Origin: an uncultured Myxococcales bacterium
GTDB lineage: Bacteria; Myxococcota_A; Polyangia; Fen-1088
Assembly: GCA_964535465.1 (NCBI GenBank)
Contig: CAZHUY010000001.1
Span: forward strand, 1 to 62,129
Reading direction: 5' to 3'
Length of the DNA: 62,129 nt
Shown here: in pieces, positions 17,240-26,781 of the stretch
Layout of the letters: each line of letters begins with the position of its first letter
How positions within the stretch are numbered: position 1 is the stretch's first letter
The notes under the pieces: generated by a model
What the model saw: only the letters and a program-made list of their open reading frames with translations
What the model was told of the DNA's origin: nothing
Databases searched by the model: none
Translations under genes and position numbers: made by a program

Positions 17240-19141
17240 TCAGTAATTGAACTGCACGCGGTGGGGACGGTTGGCCTGGACCTCGCGATCGAAGGCCCAG
17301 ATGCGATTCTGAGGAATCACGAACACCCCGATGGAATGCCGGCCGGGCTCGACCCTCAGATCGCTGGCGGGACACAGCTCGCCCGAATCCTTGCCATCGA
17401 TGAAGATGGGGTACTTGTTCTCGGACAGGCAGGTGACGATCACCGGAACGGAGCCTCCATCCAAACGAGGCGCGATGAACATCTCGCGCTCCCACAAGGC
17501 GCCCTTGCCGGTGTCCACCACATCCCTCAACATACGATAGCCGGGCATCGTCACCACCAGGCGATGCGAGCCGGGGCTGGTGATGACGGTCACGGGCGTC
17601 CTGTCTCTTAGCACCCCATCAACCCAGACGGTGGCTCCGGCGGGCGTGGTCTTCACCACCAGGTGGCCCGCGGGCAAGGTGGGGGCCTCGGGAGGCTTGG
17701 CCATCTGGCGTGCCTGCGCCTGTCTCTGCATCTCGGCCGCAAGCTCCGCGTTGCGACGCGCGCTCTCTTTTCGAGTGGCGGACCATTCCCGATAGAAGAG
17801 GGCCCCCGCCGCGATGGCCACCAGGGTCAGCCCTATGAGGGGGATGAGGGCCAAACGTGCCATCCGACGTGCCAACTCGCTGCGCACCCAAACCGGAATG
17901 CGAATGCGCCGACGACGCCGCCGCTTGACCTTGCCGTCCTTGCTGACAACGACTTGTTCCTGCTCTTCGTCGTCCTCGTCGTAGACGACGCCCACGTCGG
18001 GATCGTCGGCCGAAATCTCGGAGAGCCGAGCAGCAAACGCCTCGCCCTCATCTTGCGCGGGCTCCGCCGCACCAGCCTCGAGCGAGAAGGGAACCAGCGG
18101 GGCTTCGCTGGCGACGCGCGCGCGGATCGCGTGGGGCCGCTCATCTTGAGTCGGGGCATCGTCCAAAATGAACGGGACTATCGCCTCGCCGACCACCTCC
18201 TCTCCCCGCCGCGGGGCGACCGTGACGGGCGGAGATTGATCGAGCGCGCTCGTCGGAGAGGGCGCCGTGGCGGGTTCCCTCACCGACTCGACAGGAGCGA
18301 AGGGGGCCTGGCCGACGTGGCCGGTTTGCTCCGCCAGCATGGCCGCCGAGATGTGGCGGGCCACCTCCGCCGCGGACTTGGGGCGCTGGCTGACGTCGTG
18401 GGAGAGCAGGCGCACCATGAGGGTGTGCAACCAAGACGGCAGGCTCGGCAGGATGGCCGGTCCCGCCGCCATCTTGTCCGCCAAGGCGGCCATGGTCGAC
18501 GCCAGGAAGGGAGGCTGCCCCCCATGGAGGAAATGGATCAGGGCGCCGAGCGAGTAGAGATCCGAGGCCGGCTCGGCCCCACCACCCGCCAGTTGCTCAG
18601 GCGCGGCGAAGAGCCAACGGGAGACGAAGGCATCGCCCCGCGGGCGCACCACTTCGGCCAGGCCGCAGTCCAGCAGCAGCACCTCGCCATCGGGCGTGAC
18701 CAGCACGTTTCCCGGACTCAGGTGACCGTGCAGCCGCGGGGCTTGGCTTCGCCCATGCAAGGCCGCCAACCTCTCGGACAGTTTGCGGGCAAGCACAGCC
18801 ACCAGACGAGGATCCATCTCGCCCTTGGGCACGGCCTGCTGTCGCAACTGCACCAGGTTCACCCCGACCTTGAATTCGTGAACCGCATAGATGGGCCCAG
18901 GGGCTTCGCCAAGTTCGACAACCCGAACGCACCCCGCCTGGTCCAGACCCGCCAGTTGGCGAGCGGCCTCCACGAAACGGGTGGCCAGAGGTCCCGCCTG
19001 ATCCCGCAGTAAGGTGATGACGAAGCGTCGATCATCCCCCTTGGCATCGGACAAACGCGCCCGATAGGTTTCGGTTGTCGGGCTCTGACCCAGCAGAGCA
19101 TCGGTGCAGAACCGCCCCAGGCGCAACGGCTTTCCCTTCAT
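17240..19141 (-). CDS. Pseudokinase-like membrane protein with C-terminal PEGA domain
   Basis: 633-aa ORF with a kinase-like fold whose catalytic motifs are lost: no VAIK Lys (FVITLLR), HRD replaced by HGH, and DFG replaced by DCG. An acidic/basic linker and a TM helix follow, then PEGA-like VVKTTPAGATVWVDG...TPVTV...GSHRLVVTMPGY. Confidence 0.75.
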   Translation of the reverse strand: MKGKPLRLGRFCTDALLGQSPTTETYRARLSDAKGDDRRFVITLLRDQAGPLATRFVEAARQLAGLDQAGCVRVVELGEAPGPIYAVHEFKVGVNLVQLRQQAVPKGEMDPRLVAVLARKLSERLAALHGRSQAPRLHGHLSPGNVLVTPDGEVLLLDCGLAEVVRPRGDAFVSRWLFAAPEQLAGGGAEPASDLYSLGALIHFLHGGQPPFLASTMAALADKMAAGPAILPSLPSWLHTLMVRLLSHDVSQRPKSAAEVARHISAAMLAEQTGHVGQAPFAPVESVREPATAPSPTSALDQSPPVTVAPRRGEEVVGEAIVPFILDDAPTQDERPHAIRARVASEAPLVPFSLEAGAAEPAQDEGEAFAARLSEISADDPDVGVVYDEDDEEQEQVVVSKDGKVKRRRRRRIRIPVWVRSELARRMARLALIPLIGLTLVAIAAGALFYREWSATRKESARRNAELAAEMQRQAQARQMAKPPEAPTLPAGHLVVKTTPAGATVWVDGVLRDRTPVTVITSPGSHRLVVTMPGYRMLRDVVDTGKGALWEREMFIAPRLDGGSVPVIVTCLSENKYPIFIDGKDSGELCPASDLRVEPGRHSIGVFVIPQNRIWAFDREVQANRPHRVQFNY

Positions 19142-19142
19142 G

Positions 19143-19610
19143 TCAGCCGCGCTTCTCCCACTGGCGTTTCACCTCGTAGGCCACCACCCCAGCCGAGGTG
19201 GAGATGTTGAGCGAGCGCACATGCGGATCGACCATGGGGATGCGCAAGGTGCGCTCCGCATAGCGATCCAGGATGTCTTGTGGCAGGCCCACGCTTTCAC
19301 GTCCAAACACCACCACGACATCGTCAGGAAACGCCACGTCCCACAGTGTCCGCTTGGCCGAAGCGGTGAAAAAGAAGGGCGCCCCCAGGCGCGGTAGCTC
19401 GGGCTCGATGGCTTGCCAACTCGGCCACAGGCGCAGGCGCACGCGTGGCCAATAGTCCAAACCCGCACGCTTGAGGTGACGATCCTCCAGGGTGAAGCCG
19501 AGCGGTTCGACCAGATGCAGATCCGCCCCCACCGCCAAGGAAGTACGGCCAATGTTGCCGGTATTCCAGTGAATTTCGGGTTCTACCAGGACGATGTGGA
19601 GCGAGGGCAC
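19143..19610 (-). CDS. trmL: tRNA (cytidine/uridine-2'-O)-methyltransferase TrmL (SpoU family)
   Basis: 155-aa ORF. IVLVEPEIHWNTGNIGRTSLAVGADLHLVEP...GLDYW...LNISTSAGVVAYE are SPOUT knot motifs. Confidence 0.85.
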   Translation of the reverse strand: MPSLHIVLVEPEIHWNTGNIGRTSLAVGADLHLVEPLGFTLEDRHLKRAGLDYWPRVRLRLWPSWQAIEPELPRLGAPFFFTASAKRTLWDVAFPDDVVVVFGRESVGLPQDILDRYAERTLRIPMVDPHVRSLNISTSAGVVAYEVKRQWEKRG

Positions 19611-19668
19611 GGCGCCTCAGTGTAGCCCGTACCCTCGCCCGGCGGCCAGAAACAGCCGTGATGGCCGA

Positions 19669-20127
19669 CTAGCCAGCCGGCGTGCCGGCGGCGGCGGCGT
19701 ACTTCGCCACCATGCGGCTGACGCGCGGGATGGCCGCCTCGGTGTGCTTCTTGGCGGCGGGCCGCAGCTTCTCGTAGGCGGCCTTGACCACCTGGTTCTT
19801 GGCCTTCTGGGCGCGCTGGTCGGTGATGCCCAACAGCGCCTCGGCCGCCTCGCTGGCGCGCGCATTCATGTAGGCGGACACCGGCTCGTTCTTGGCCAGC
19901 GCGGCCTGGTACATCGGATCCAGGCGATCGGCGAAATCCTCCAGCAGGGCGTCGATCACCTCGGGAACGAATCCTGGTTTGACCGCCTTGACCACGGCGT
20001 AGGCCGCCTTGATGGGGATGCCCATCAGGCCCTTGGAGGAAACCTCCTCGTCGATGATGCGTTCGCAATCCGCGATCACCTGTTTGCGAGTCGCGGGTGC
20101 ACTGAGAATGTCTTTGAGTGTGCTCAT
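19669..20127 (-). CDS. Conserved hypothetical protein
   Basis: Start taken at MSTLKDIL (20127). 152-aa helical protein with coding-like composition and no recognisable motif. Confidence 0.55.
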   Translation of the reverse strand: MSTLKDILSAPATRKQVIADCERIIDEEVSSKGLMGIPIKAAYAVVKAVKPGFVPEVIDALLEDFADRLDPMYQAALAKNEPVSAYMNARASEAAEALLGITDQRAQKAKNQVVKAAYEKLRPAAKKHTEAAIPRVSRMVAKYAAAAGTPAG

Positions 20128-20166
20128 GCCGGGCACTTTACCGCGAGCCAGGCTTTCGTGGTACCC

Positions 20167-21417
20167 ATGCATGCCGTGAGTTCGTCATCCCCTCCCCTGC
20201 GCCCGGCCGCCACCCTGACGGTGCTCACCGGCCTCAACGCCTTCAACTATCTGGATCGGTTCATTACCGCGCCGATTCTGCCGCTCATCATCGCGGATCT
20301 GGCCATCTCCGACGCCCAGGCGGGCTCGCTGCAGACCGTGTTCATCCTCGTTTACTCGATGGTCTGCCCGCTGTCAGGCTGGCTGGGAGACCGATGGAAG
20401 CGCCTGCACCTGGCGGCCGCGGGCGTGGCCGTGTGGAGCCTGGCCACCTTTGCCTCCGGCCTGGCAGCAAGTTTTGCGTGGTTGGCTCTGGCCCGCGCCA
20501 TGGTGGGGATCGGGGAGGCCAGCTACACGGTGATCACCCCGTCGCTGCTCTCCGACCTCTATCCCGCCTCGCGCCGGGCCCGCGCCCTGTCGATCTTCTA
20601 CGCCGCCATGCCGGTGGGCATCGCGCTTGGCTACGTGCTGGGCGGCCAGATCGCGTCTCGCTTCGGTTGGCGACCGGCCTTCTTCGTCGCGGGCGGCCCG
20701 GGCTTTGTGTTGGCCGTGTGCCTGCTGTTCCTGCGTGAACCGGCGCGCGGACGATTGGACGCCCAGCCAGGGGCCCAAAGCACCTCATGGCGTCAGGTGC
20801 TGATGTCCTTGCGCCAGCGACCCAGCTTCCTTTTCAACGTGGCCGCCCAGACCATCATGACATTCAGCATGGGGGGCCTGGGCGCCTGGATGCCCACCTA
20901 TTTCGTACGCGAGCGCGGCCTGGGCGTGGCCGCGGCCGGGACCATCTTTGGGGGCCTGCTGCTCGCGGCCGGCTTCCTGGGCACCATCGTGGGCGGCCAA
21001 CTCGGTGACCGGCTCTCCCGTCGGTTTCCCGCCGCGCACTTCAGCTTCTCGGCCTGCGCCCTCATCGCCTCGGCGCCCTTCACGGTGGGCTCCATCCTCT
21101 TGCCCCAGCCCGGATGGTTCTGGCCCGCCATGTTCGTCACGCTGCTGCTGGCCTTCCTCAACACGGGGCCGCTCAACGCCGCCCTGGTCAACGTGCTGCC
21201 CCCCGATCTGCGCAGCCGTGGTGTCGGCCTGCACACCATCACGATTCACCTCCTGGGCGACGCGCTTTCGCCGTTCCTCATCGGTCTGGTTTCCGACCGC
21301 ATCGGGTTGCGCATGCCGGTCCTCATCACCGGACTCCTGCTGCCCCTGGCCGGCATGGTCCTGCTGCTAGGCCGACGCTCCCTGGCAGCTGACCTGAACG
21401 CCCGAGCGCCGGGCTAG
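20167..21417 (+). CDS. MFS transporter (Spinster-like)
   Basis: Start at MHAVSS (ATG 20167). 12-TM-like pattern with the MFS signature GWLGDRWKR between TM2 and TM3. Confidence 0.85.
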   Translation: MHAVSSSSPPLRPAATLTVLTGLNAFNYLDRFITAPILPLIIADLAISDAQAGSLQTVFILVYSMVCPLSGWLGDRWKRLHLAAAGVAVWSLATFASGLAASFAWLALARAMVGIGEASYTVITPSLLSDLYPASRRARALSIFYAAMPVGIALGYVLGGQIASRFGWRPAFFVAGGPGFVLAVCLLFLREPARGRLDAQPGAQSTSWRQVLMSLRQRPSFLFNVAAQTIMTFSMGGLGAWMPTYFVRERGLGVAAAGTIFGGLLLAAGFLGTIVGGQLGDRLSRRFPAAHFSFSACALIASAPFTVGSILLPQPGWFWPAMFVTLLLAFLNTGPLNAALVNVLPPDLRSRGVGLHTITIHLLGDALSPFLIGLVSDRIGLRMPVLITGLLLPLAGMVLLLGRRSLAADLNARAPG

Positions 21418-21562
21418 AAGCCCCCGAGCCCTGGCGAGCGATGGGACCGGGCCGCAGGGCGTGACGAGGGCAGGTCCTGCGCAACCGAGGAGCAACGCAG
21501 CGGTCGGACCCTGGAGCTGGAAATACCCAGCCGCCGGTATTTGAGGTATAAACCCGCCCCAC

Positions 21563-22594
21563 ATGAGCGACGTGAGCGACGAAAGGATAGATGCGCCCGC
21601 CAGCCCCGCGGCTCCTGCCAGGCCCGGCTTCTTCAGCCGCCTGGGCCAGTTGCTGTGGATGAAGACGCGCGTAGCCGAGGCGCGAGCCAAGACCTTTGAC
21701 GCCTCCAAGCCGGGATACTCTTGGTATCAGGTGGCACGCCAGTTCTGCGACGACGTCGTGGTTCTGGAAGACAACCGACGCGAGGGCGGCGCGATTCCCC
21801 TGCTCGATTGCGCGGCGGCCGGGTTGCTGATTCGCTCCTATCTCGAACGCGAAGGCATGCCGGCCGGTTCGGCCTTGCTGACCGATGCCGACTGGGAAAA
21901 CGCACAGAAGATCCCCGCCATCTCCGAGGCGCTCGGCGCCCTCTCGCCATCCCAAGTCTCGACTCTGAAGAGCGTGCTGAGCTCCGAGCGCGACGCCGCC
22001 TTGGTGCGCGTGGCCCAGGAGGATCAGTCCACCCTCGTCCCCGCCATTCACCGGATGGTCACGCGTCTGATCGCCCCGCTGGACGTGGAAGCCAATCGCC
22101 TGCGCTTTGCCTTGCTGATGCGCCGCTTGCGGGTCGGCGTGGCCGCCGCGGTGGTGCTGGTCCTGCTCGGCCTGGCCGCCAACAAGGTCGGCGCGAAGTT
22201 TGCCAAGCCCAACCTGGCGTTGGGCCGCCCCGTCACCACCAGCAGCAATTTCCCCGGCATTCCGGCAGGGGGAGCCGCGCTGGTGGATGGGGATCGCGAG
22301 AACATGGGCTTTCACACCAACGCGGGCCCGCAGCAGTGGGCCATGATCGACCTCGGGGCGGTGGTGAAGTTCGACAAGATAGTCGTTTACAACCGAGCCG
22401 ACGGTCAGCACCAGCGTGCCATACCCATGCGCATCGAGGTCAGCAACGACGCCAAGACCTTCACGCTCCTGCGTGAGCGCAAGGAGATCTTCGAGAACCT
22501 GACCCTCAAGGACCTGAAGGCCGAGGCGCGCTACGTTCGGCTCCTCAACACTCCGCCCAATTACTTCCACCTCTCGGAGGTGGAGATCTTCTAG
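21563..22594 (+). CDS. Membrane protein with C-terminal F5/8 type C (discoidin) domain
   Basis: 343-aa ORF with a central TM (VGVAAAVVLVLLGLAA). The C-terminal LGRPVTTSSNF...VDGDRENMGFHT...WAMIDLG...FDKIVVYNR...YVRLL...FHLSEVEIF is typical of discoidin domains. Confidence 0.7.
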   Translation: MSDVSDERIDAPASPAAPARPGFFSRLGQLLWMKTRVAEARAKTFDASKPGYSWYQVARQFCDDVVVLEDNRREGGAIPLLDCAAAGLLIRSYLEREGMPAGSALLTDADWENAQKIPAISEALGALSPSQVSTLKSVLSSERDAALVRVAQEDQSTLVPAIHRMVTRLIAPLDVEANRLRFALLMRRLRVGVAAAVVLVLLGLAANKVGAKFAKPNLALGRPVTTSSNFPGIPAGGAALVDGDRENMGFHTNAGPQQWAMIDLGAVVKFDKIVVYNRADGQHQRAIPMRIEVSNDAKTFTLLRERKEIFENLTLKDLKAEARYVRLLNTPPNYFHLSEVEIF

Positions 22595-23961
22595 CGCCCG
22601 GCCACCGTCAGGTGCGAAACCCGCAGCGACGGGCTTTGCACCGAGCTGCGCGTGTCGGGGTCGTCCCCCACGGCGTCGATTCCTCGCCACAGCTGGTCGA
22701 AGTTGATGGAAATGGTGATCTCGCTGACCGGGTGAATGCGCGACCCTTTCTCGATCCAGAAGCCGCTCGCCCCCTGCGACCAGTCGCCCGTGACGGCGTT
22801 GAAGCCAAACCCCATCATGTTGGACACGTAGAGCCCTTGTTCGAGGTTCTCGAGCTCCGCCGCCGGAGTCTTGCCCGCCATCAAGATGAAGTTCGATGTG
22901 CTCACGTGCGGCCCGCCGCCCAAGGCGCGCCCTGCCGAACCGGTCGAGCCGCGCCCCAGCTTGCGGCCCGCGTAGCTATCGCACAGAAAGGTTCGCAGGA
23001 CCCCCTCGGACACGACCACGTTGGGCCTTGACGCCAGACCTTCGCCGTCGAAGGGACGAGACCCAGGGGCACGCCGCACGAGCGGGTGATCCATGATGGT
23101 CACCAAGGGTGAAGCCACCAACGTGCCTTCGCGCGAGGCCAGGTAGCTGTTCCGTCGCCACACCGCCCCGCCAGAAGTCACCGAAGCCAGGTGCCCCAGC
23201 AGGGACCGAGCGGCCTCGGGAGAGAACACCGCGGGCACTTGGCACGTGGCGACCTTGCGCGAGCCCAGCTTGGCCGTCGTCCGTCGTGCCGCCTCCAGAC
23301 CGACCGCCTCGGGATCGAGCAGTCCCGAGCGGAAACGCGACGCCGTCCAATAACTCCCGTTGCGCTTCTTGCCTTCGGCATCGTCACATAGGGGCGCGAC
23401 CATCAGGAACAAGCTGGTTCCTCGGGTTCCGCCCGAAAACCCGGCCGAGCTGGCAAAGGCCGAGGCACCCATCACCCGACTCACGCTGGCACCATCCGAA
23501 TTCGTCACACGCCTGTCGGCGTTCAGGGCCGCGCGCTCCCCAGTCCTGGCCATTTCCAGGGCGCTGACCACGTCGAACGAGAGCGCATCTTCGTCCCACA
23601 AGTCGAGATCGGGGATCTCGCGCGCCATCAGATGTGGTTCGGGCAGGTCGGCCAGGACATCGGGTTCAGCCAGAGCGCACAACGCCACCGTCTCCTGGGC
23701 GAATTGGCGCATGCCCGCTTCGGAGAAGTCCGACGTATAGGATGTGGCCACGCGATGGTCGCGCAGAACCCTCAGGCCGAGCCCGCGGCTCCCTGCCTCC
23801 TTGACCAACTCCGGCTCGCCCAAACGCACCTTGACCTCCAGCTCGCTGCCGTCACGGACCAGCACCTCGGCCCCCTCCGCGCCGGCCGCCAGGGCGAAGG
23901 CCAGCATCTTCTCCGCCCACTGCTGACAGCGCGAGGCATCGGGCACGGTCGCGGCGCTCAC
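22591..23961 (-). CDS. pmbA: Metalloprotease partner PmbA (TldE)
   Basis: TldD/PmbA-family sequence without HExxxH. The GTG start at 23961 overlaps the tldD stop (GTGA). The longer track ORF (to 24054) would overlap tldD by about 100 nt. Confidence 0.85.
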   Translation of the reverse strand: MSAATVPDASRCQQWAEKMLAFALAAGAEGAEVLVRDGSELEVKVRLGEPELVKEAGSRGLGLRVLRDHRVATSYTSDFSEAGMRQFAQETVALCALAEPDVLADLPEPHLMAREIPDLDLWDEDALSFDVVSALEMARTGERAALNADRRVTNSDGASVSRVMGASAFASSAGFSGGTRGTSLFLMVAPLCDDAEGKKRNGSYWTASRFRSGLLDPEAVGLEAARRTTAKLGSRKVATCQVPAVFSPEAARSLLGHLASVTSGGAVWRRNSYLASREGTLVASPLVTIMDHPLVRRAPGSRPFDGEGLASRPNVVVSEGVLRTFLCDSYAGRKLGRGSTGSAGRALGGGPHVSTSNFILMAGKTPAAELENLEQGLYVSNMMGFGFNAVTGDWSQGASGFWIEKGSRIHPVSEITISINFDQLWRGIDAVGDDPDTRSSVQSPSLRVSHLTVAGR

Positions 23962-25409
23962 GTGCGTGTGCCTCCCACGGTGATGCGGGCGATCTTGAGG
24001 GTCGGGGTGCCCACACCCACGGGCACCGATTGGCCATCCTTGCCACAGGTCCAAGTCCCGTCGGATTGCCGAAAATCGTGCCCCACCATGGTCACCTGCC
24101 GCAACACCTCGGGACCATTGCCGATCAGATTCACGCCCCGCAAGGGCGCGGTCAACCGGCCGTCCTCTATCAGGTAGCTCTCGGTCAGCGAGAAAACGAA
24201 ATCACCGTTCGAGATGTTCACCTGGCCACCGGAAAAATTCTTGGCGTAGACACCCCGTTTCACCGAGCGAATGATGTCTTCGGGCGCGTCCTGCCCCCCC
24301 AGCAACAAGGTGTTGGTCATGCGGGGCAAGGGCTGACAGCGATAGCTCTCTCGCCGGCCGTTGCCGCTGGCCTGAAGGTGAAAGTGCCGGGCCGAGATGC
24401 GGTCATGCAGGTACCCGCGCAAGATTCCCTTATCGATGAGCAGGTTGCGCTGTCCCGCATGCCCCTCGTCGTCCACGTTGATGGATCCGCGCGCGTGCCC
24501 CACCGTGGCGTCGTCCACCACGCTGCAAAGGGGAGAGGCCACCTGTTGCCCGATTTGGTCCGTGTAGTTGGAGGTCCGCTTCCTGTTGAAATCTGCCTCG
24601 AGCCCGTGCCCAACCGCTTCGTGGAGCAGGATCCCCGATTCCCCCGGACCGAGCACGACCTCCATGGGTCCAGCCGGCGCCTCTTGAGCATGCAGCATGG
24701 CGAGCGCCAGACGGGCAGCCTCGCGTCCATGGTCCTCGGGCGCATGTCCATGCATGGCGAAGAGCTCCAGGCCTCGACGAAGCGCGGTCGCGGAACGGCC
24801 GGCCTGTCGCCGACCATTCTCCTCAGCCACTGCCTGGACCGAAAGACGCACCATGGGCTGAACGTCCCTGGCCACCATTCCGTCGGAGGTGAAGATGAGG
24901 ATCTCGCGCCACTCGTCGGCCAGCGCCGCCTCGACCCTCACGATGCGAGGATCATGGGCGCGAGCCGCCCCATCCGCCCGGCGAAGCAGGGCCACCTTCT
25001 CCTCTCCCGAACGCAGGAGCGACGATTCGAGCACCGGGTAGGCGTCTCCCACCGCCAACTCGTTCAACCCTAGCGCAGCCGTCGCGCCTCCGCTCTTCGC
25101 TATCTGACCAGCGGTCCGCGCGGCCTGCAGCATGCGCGTCGACGACAGCTCTTCCGTGTACGCATAGCCCGTGGCATCTCCGCACAGCACCCGCACTCCC
25201 AGGCCCACGGTCGTCACCCGCCCGACCCGGCGCACCTTCCCCTCCTCTAAGACAAAATCGGATCCGATACGAGACTCGAAGTATAGGTCAGCGTAATCTC
25301 CCCCTGCCCCCAAGGCCTCTCCCAGCAGACGTTCAGCCGTTGCCGCATCAATCCCGTCCAGGAGGGACCTGGAGAGTCCTGGACGCAACAGATCGGGCCG
25401 TTCCGTCAC
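23958..25409 (-). CDS. tldD: Metalloprotease TldD
   Basis: 483-aa ORF with GDYADLYFE near the N-terminus and the [12 protein letters not shown] zinc motif. Confidence 0.9.
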   Translation of the reverse strand: MTERPDLLRPGLSRSLLDGIDAATAERLLGEALGAGGDYADLYFESRIGSDFVLEEGKVRRVGRVTTVGLGVRVLCGDATGYAYTEELSSTRMLQAARTAGQIAKSGGATAALGLNELAVGDAYPVLESSLLRSGEEKVALLRRADGAARAHDPRIVRVEAALADEWREILIFTSDGMVARDVQPMVRLSVQAVAEENGRRQAGRSATALRRGLELFAMHGHAPEDHGREAARLALAMLHAQEAPAGPMEVVLGPGESGILLHEAVGHGLEADFNRKRTSNYTDQIGQQVASPLCSVVDDATVGHARGSINVDDEGHAGQRNLLIDKGILRGYLHDRISARHFHLQASGNGRRESYRCQPLPRMTNTLLLGGQDAPEDIIRSVKRGVYAKNFSGGQVNISNGDFVFSLTESYLIEDGRLTAPLRGVNLIGNGPEVLRQVTMVGHDFRQSDGTWTCGKDGQSVPVGVGTPTLKIARITVGGTRT

Positions 25410-25915
25410 TCAGGCGTGTCCAGACCCAAGGCCTCGCCGTTGCGGTGTCGGATCTTGACCAGACCTCGAACCTCGACCTGACGAATGCGCTCACGGGTCA
25501 AATTGAGAATGGCTCCCACTTCTTCGAGAGTGATACCACCCCGATCGGCCACGTCCAGAGAACAGGTCTCGGGCATCTCCCACACCTCGAGATGTGGGAA
25601 GTTCAGCTTGATGGCCCCGCTGTCCGGATTCACATCCAGGTACAGGTGGTGTTCGCAGCTCACGAACGGGCACGGGCGCTCCATGTTCTGACATTCCGCC
25701 CGCGTCCTCGGCCGCTCCACCTCTTCGGGATAGACCAGCTCTTGCGCCAAACGCTTTTCGTCACGGGTCAAGCGCTTGGGCGCGATGGTCTTCGAGCGGT
25801 AACGGCCGTCTCGTGAAGGGACGACCTTTCGGCGGATCTTGGCGACCTCTGGCTGCGGTTGATCTGTCACAAACTCGTCTTCCTGCTCCTCTAGTTCAAC
25901 TCTCTCATCGGCCAT
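25406..25915 (-). CDS. Small acidic DNA-binding protein with sigma-70 region-4-like HTH and Cys/His cluster
   Basis: Start at MADERVE (25915). [16 protein letters not shown] is followed by [28 protein letters not shown] (region-4-type HTH). Its stop overlaps the tldD GTG start. Confidence 0.65.
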   Translation of the reverse strand: MADERVELEEQEDEFVTDQPQPEVAKIRRKVVPSRDGRYRSKTIAPKRLTRDEKRLAQELVYPEEVERPRTRAECQNMERPCPFVSCEHHLYLDVNPDSGAIKLNFPHLEVWEMPETCSLDVADRGGITLEEVGAILNLTRERIRQVEVRGLVKIRHRNGEALGLDTPE

Positions 25916-25949
25916 GGGATCCTCCCTCGCGCGTCGTTCGGGGCTCGCG

Positions 25950-26549
25950 CTAATACAAATGACTGCCGCCCCCAACAGCAGTCCCCGCGGCTGTTGTGGC
26001 AGCCTGCGAAGAGAAACTCTCTTCCAAACCGGAAATGCGTCGGACCAACTCGCCGGCGGCTTGCTTCGCGGCTTCGATATCTCGCTCGATCTGCTGCCGC
26101 CGCTCCACGCTCAAGCTCGGCCCTTTGACCTCTCGCTCGAAACCGGCGATGAGATCGCGAAGCCCTTTGCTGACGCCTTCGATCTCCTCTTTGAAGCGAG
26201 CGAATGAGCGCTGGATGTCCTCGATGGTCAGGTTGCTGGCCATCATGGCCTTGACCTGATTCACACGGCGAACCACCTCGGCCGGATACAGGCCGCGTGA
26301 ACCACAGTGCTTGCCCTTGCTGCCCACGCGAATCGAGCGCGGCAGCAACCCCAACTGCACGTACTTGCGCAGAGTGGCCTCCGAGAAGCGGACCCCGCGC
26401 GAGGCGAAAACATCGATGATCTCGCGAGAGGTCATGCCCTTCACGAACTGCGCCTCGATGGCGACCAGCTCGTCCTCGTCGAGCAATCCCGAGGCGGACA
26501 CAGCTCCCTTCTGAGCTTCAGCGCCTGCCGTGTTGGGATTCCGCTTCAT
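25950..26549 (-). CDS. MerR-like HTH DNA-binding protein with C-terminal coiled coil
   Basis: 199-aa [35 protein letters not shown]...[17 protein letters not shown] resembles a MerR-type HTH plus wing. The remainder is helical and charged. Confidence 0.6.
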   Translation of the reverse strand: MKRNPNTAGAEAQKGAVSASGLLDEDELVAIEAQFVKGMTSREIIDVFASRGVRFSEATLRKYVQLGLLPRSIRVGSKGKHCGSRGLYPAEVVRRVNQVKAMMASNLTIEDIQRSFARFKEEIEGVSKGLRDLIAGFEREVKGPSLSVERRQQIERDIEAAKQAAGELVRRISGLEESFSSQAATTAAGTAVGGGSHLY

Positions 26550-26551
26550 TG

Positions 26552-26587
26552 GTAGCGCGACAATAATCTATTCAGTAGATTCGCTAC
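26552..26587. promoter_or_regulatory. AT-rich imperfect palindrome upstream of the MerR-like gene (candidate operator/promoter)
   Basis: GTAGCG-N7-AATCTA-TTCAG-TAGATT-CGCTAC lies 3-38 nt upstream of the start at 26549. An adjacent TATATT (minus strand, 26588-26593) is -10-like. This is the most AT-rich spot in the neighbourhood. Confidence 0.35.
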
Positions 26588-26781
26588 AATATAGAAAAGC
26601 ACTAAGCCTTTGTTCAGGTGCCCCTCTCCTCACTCCTGCTCGGTTCGACCGCGTCTCAGAGGGCGAACCTGTTCTCCGCCTCGCTCTCGACGAGTGTTGG
26701 GCGCGCTCTCAGACGGAGGACGAGAGGCTGAACCGGTTCAACCAGAACCGTCAGCACGCGGGAACGAGGACTCGGTCGGGG

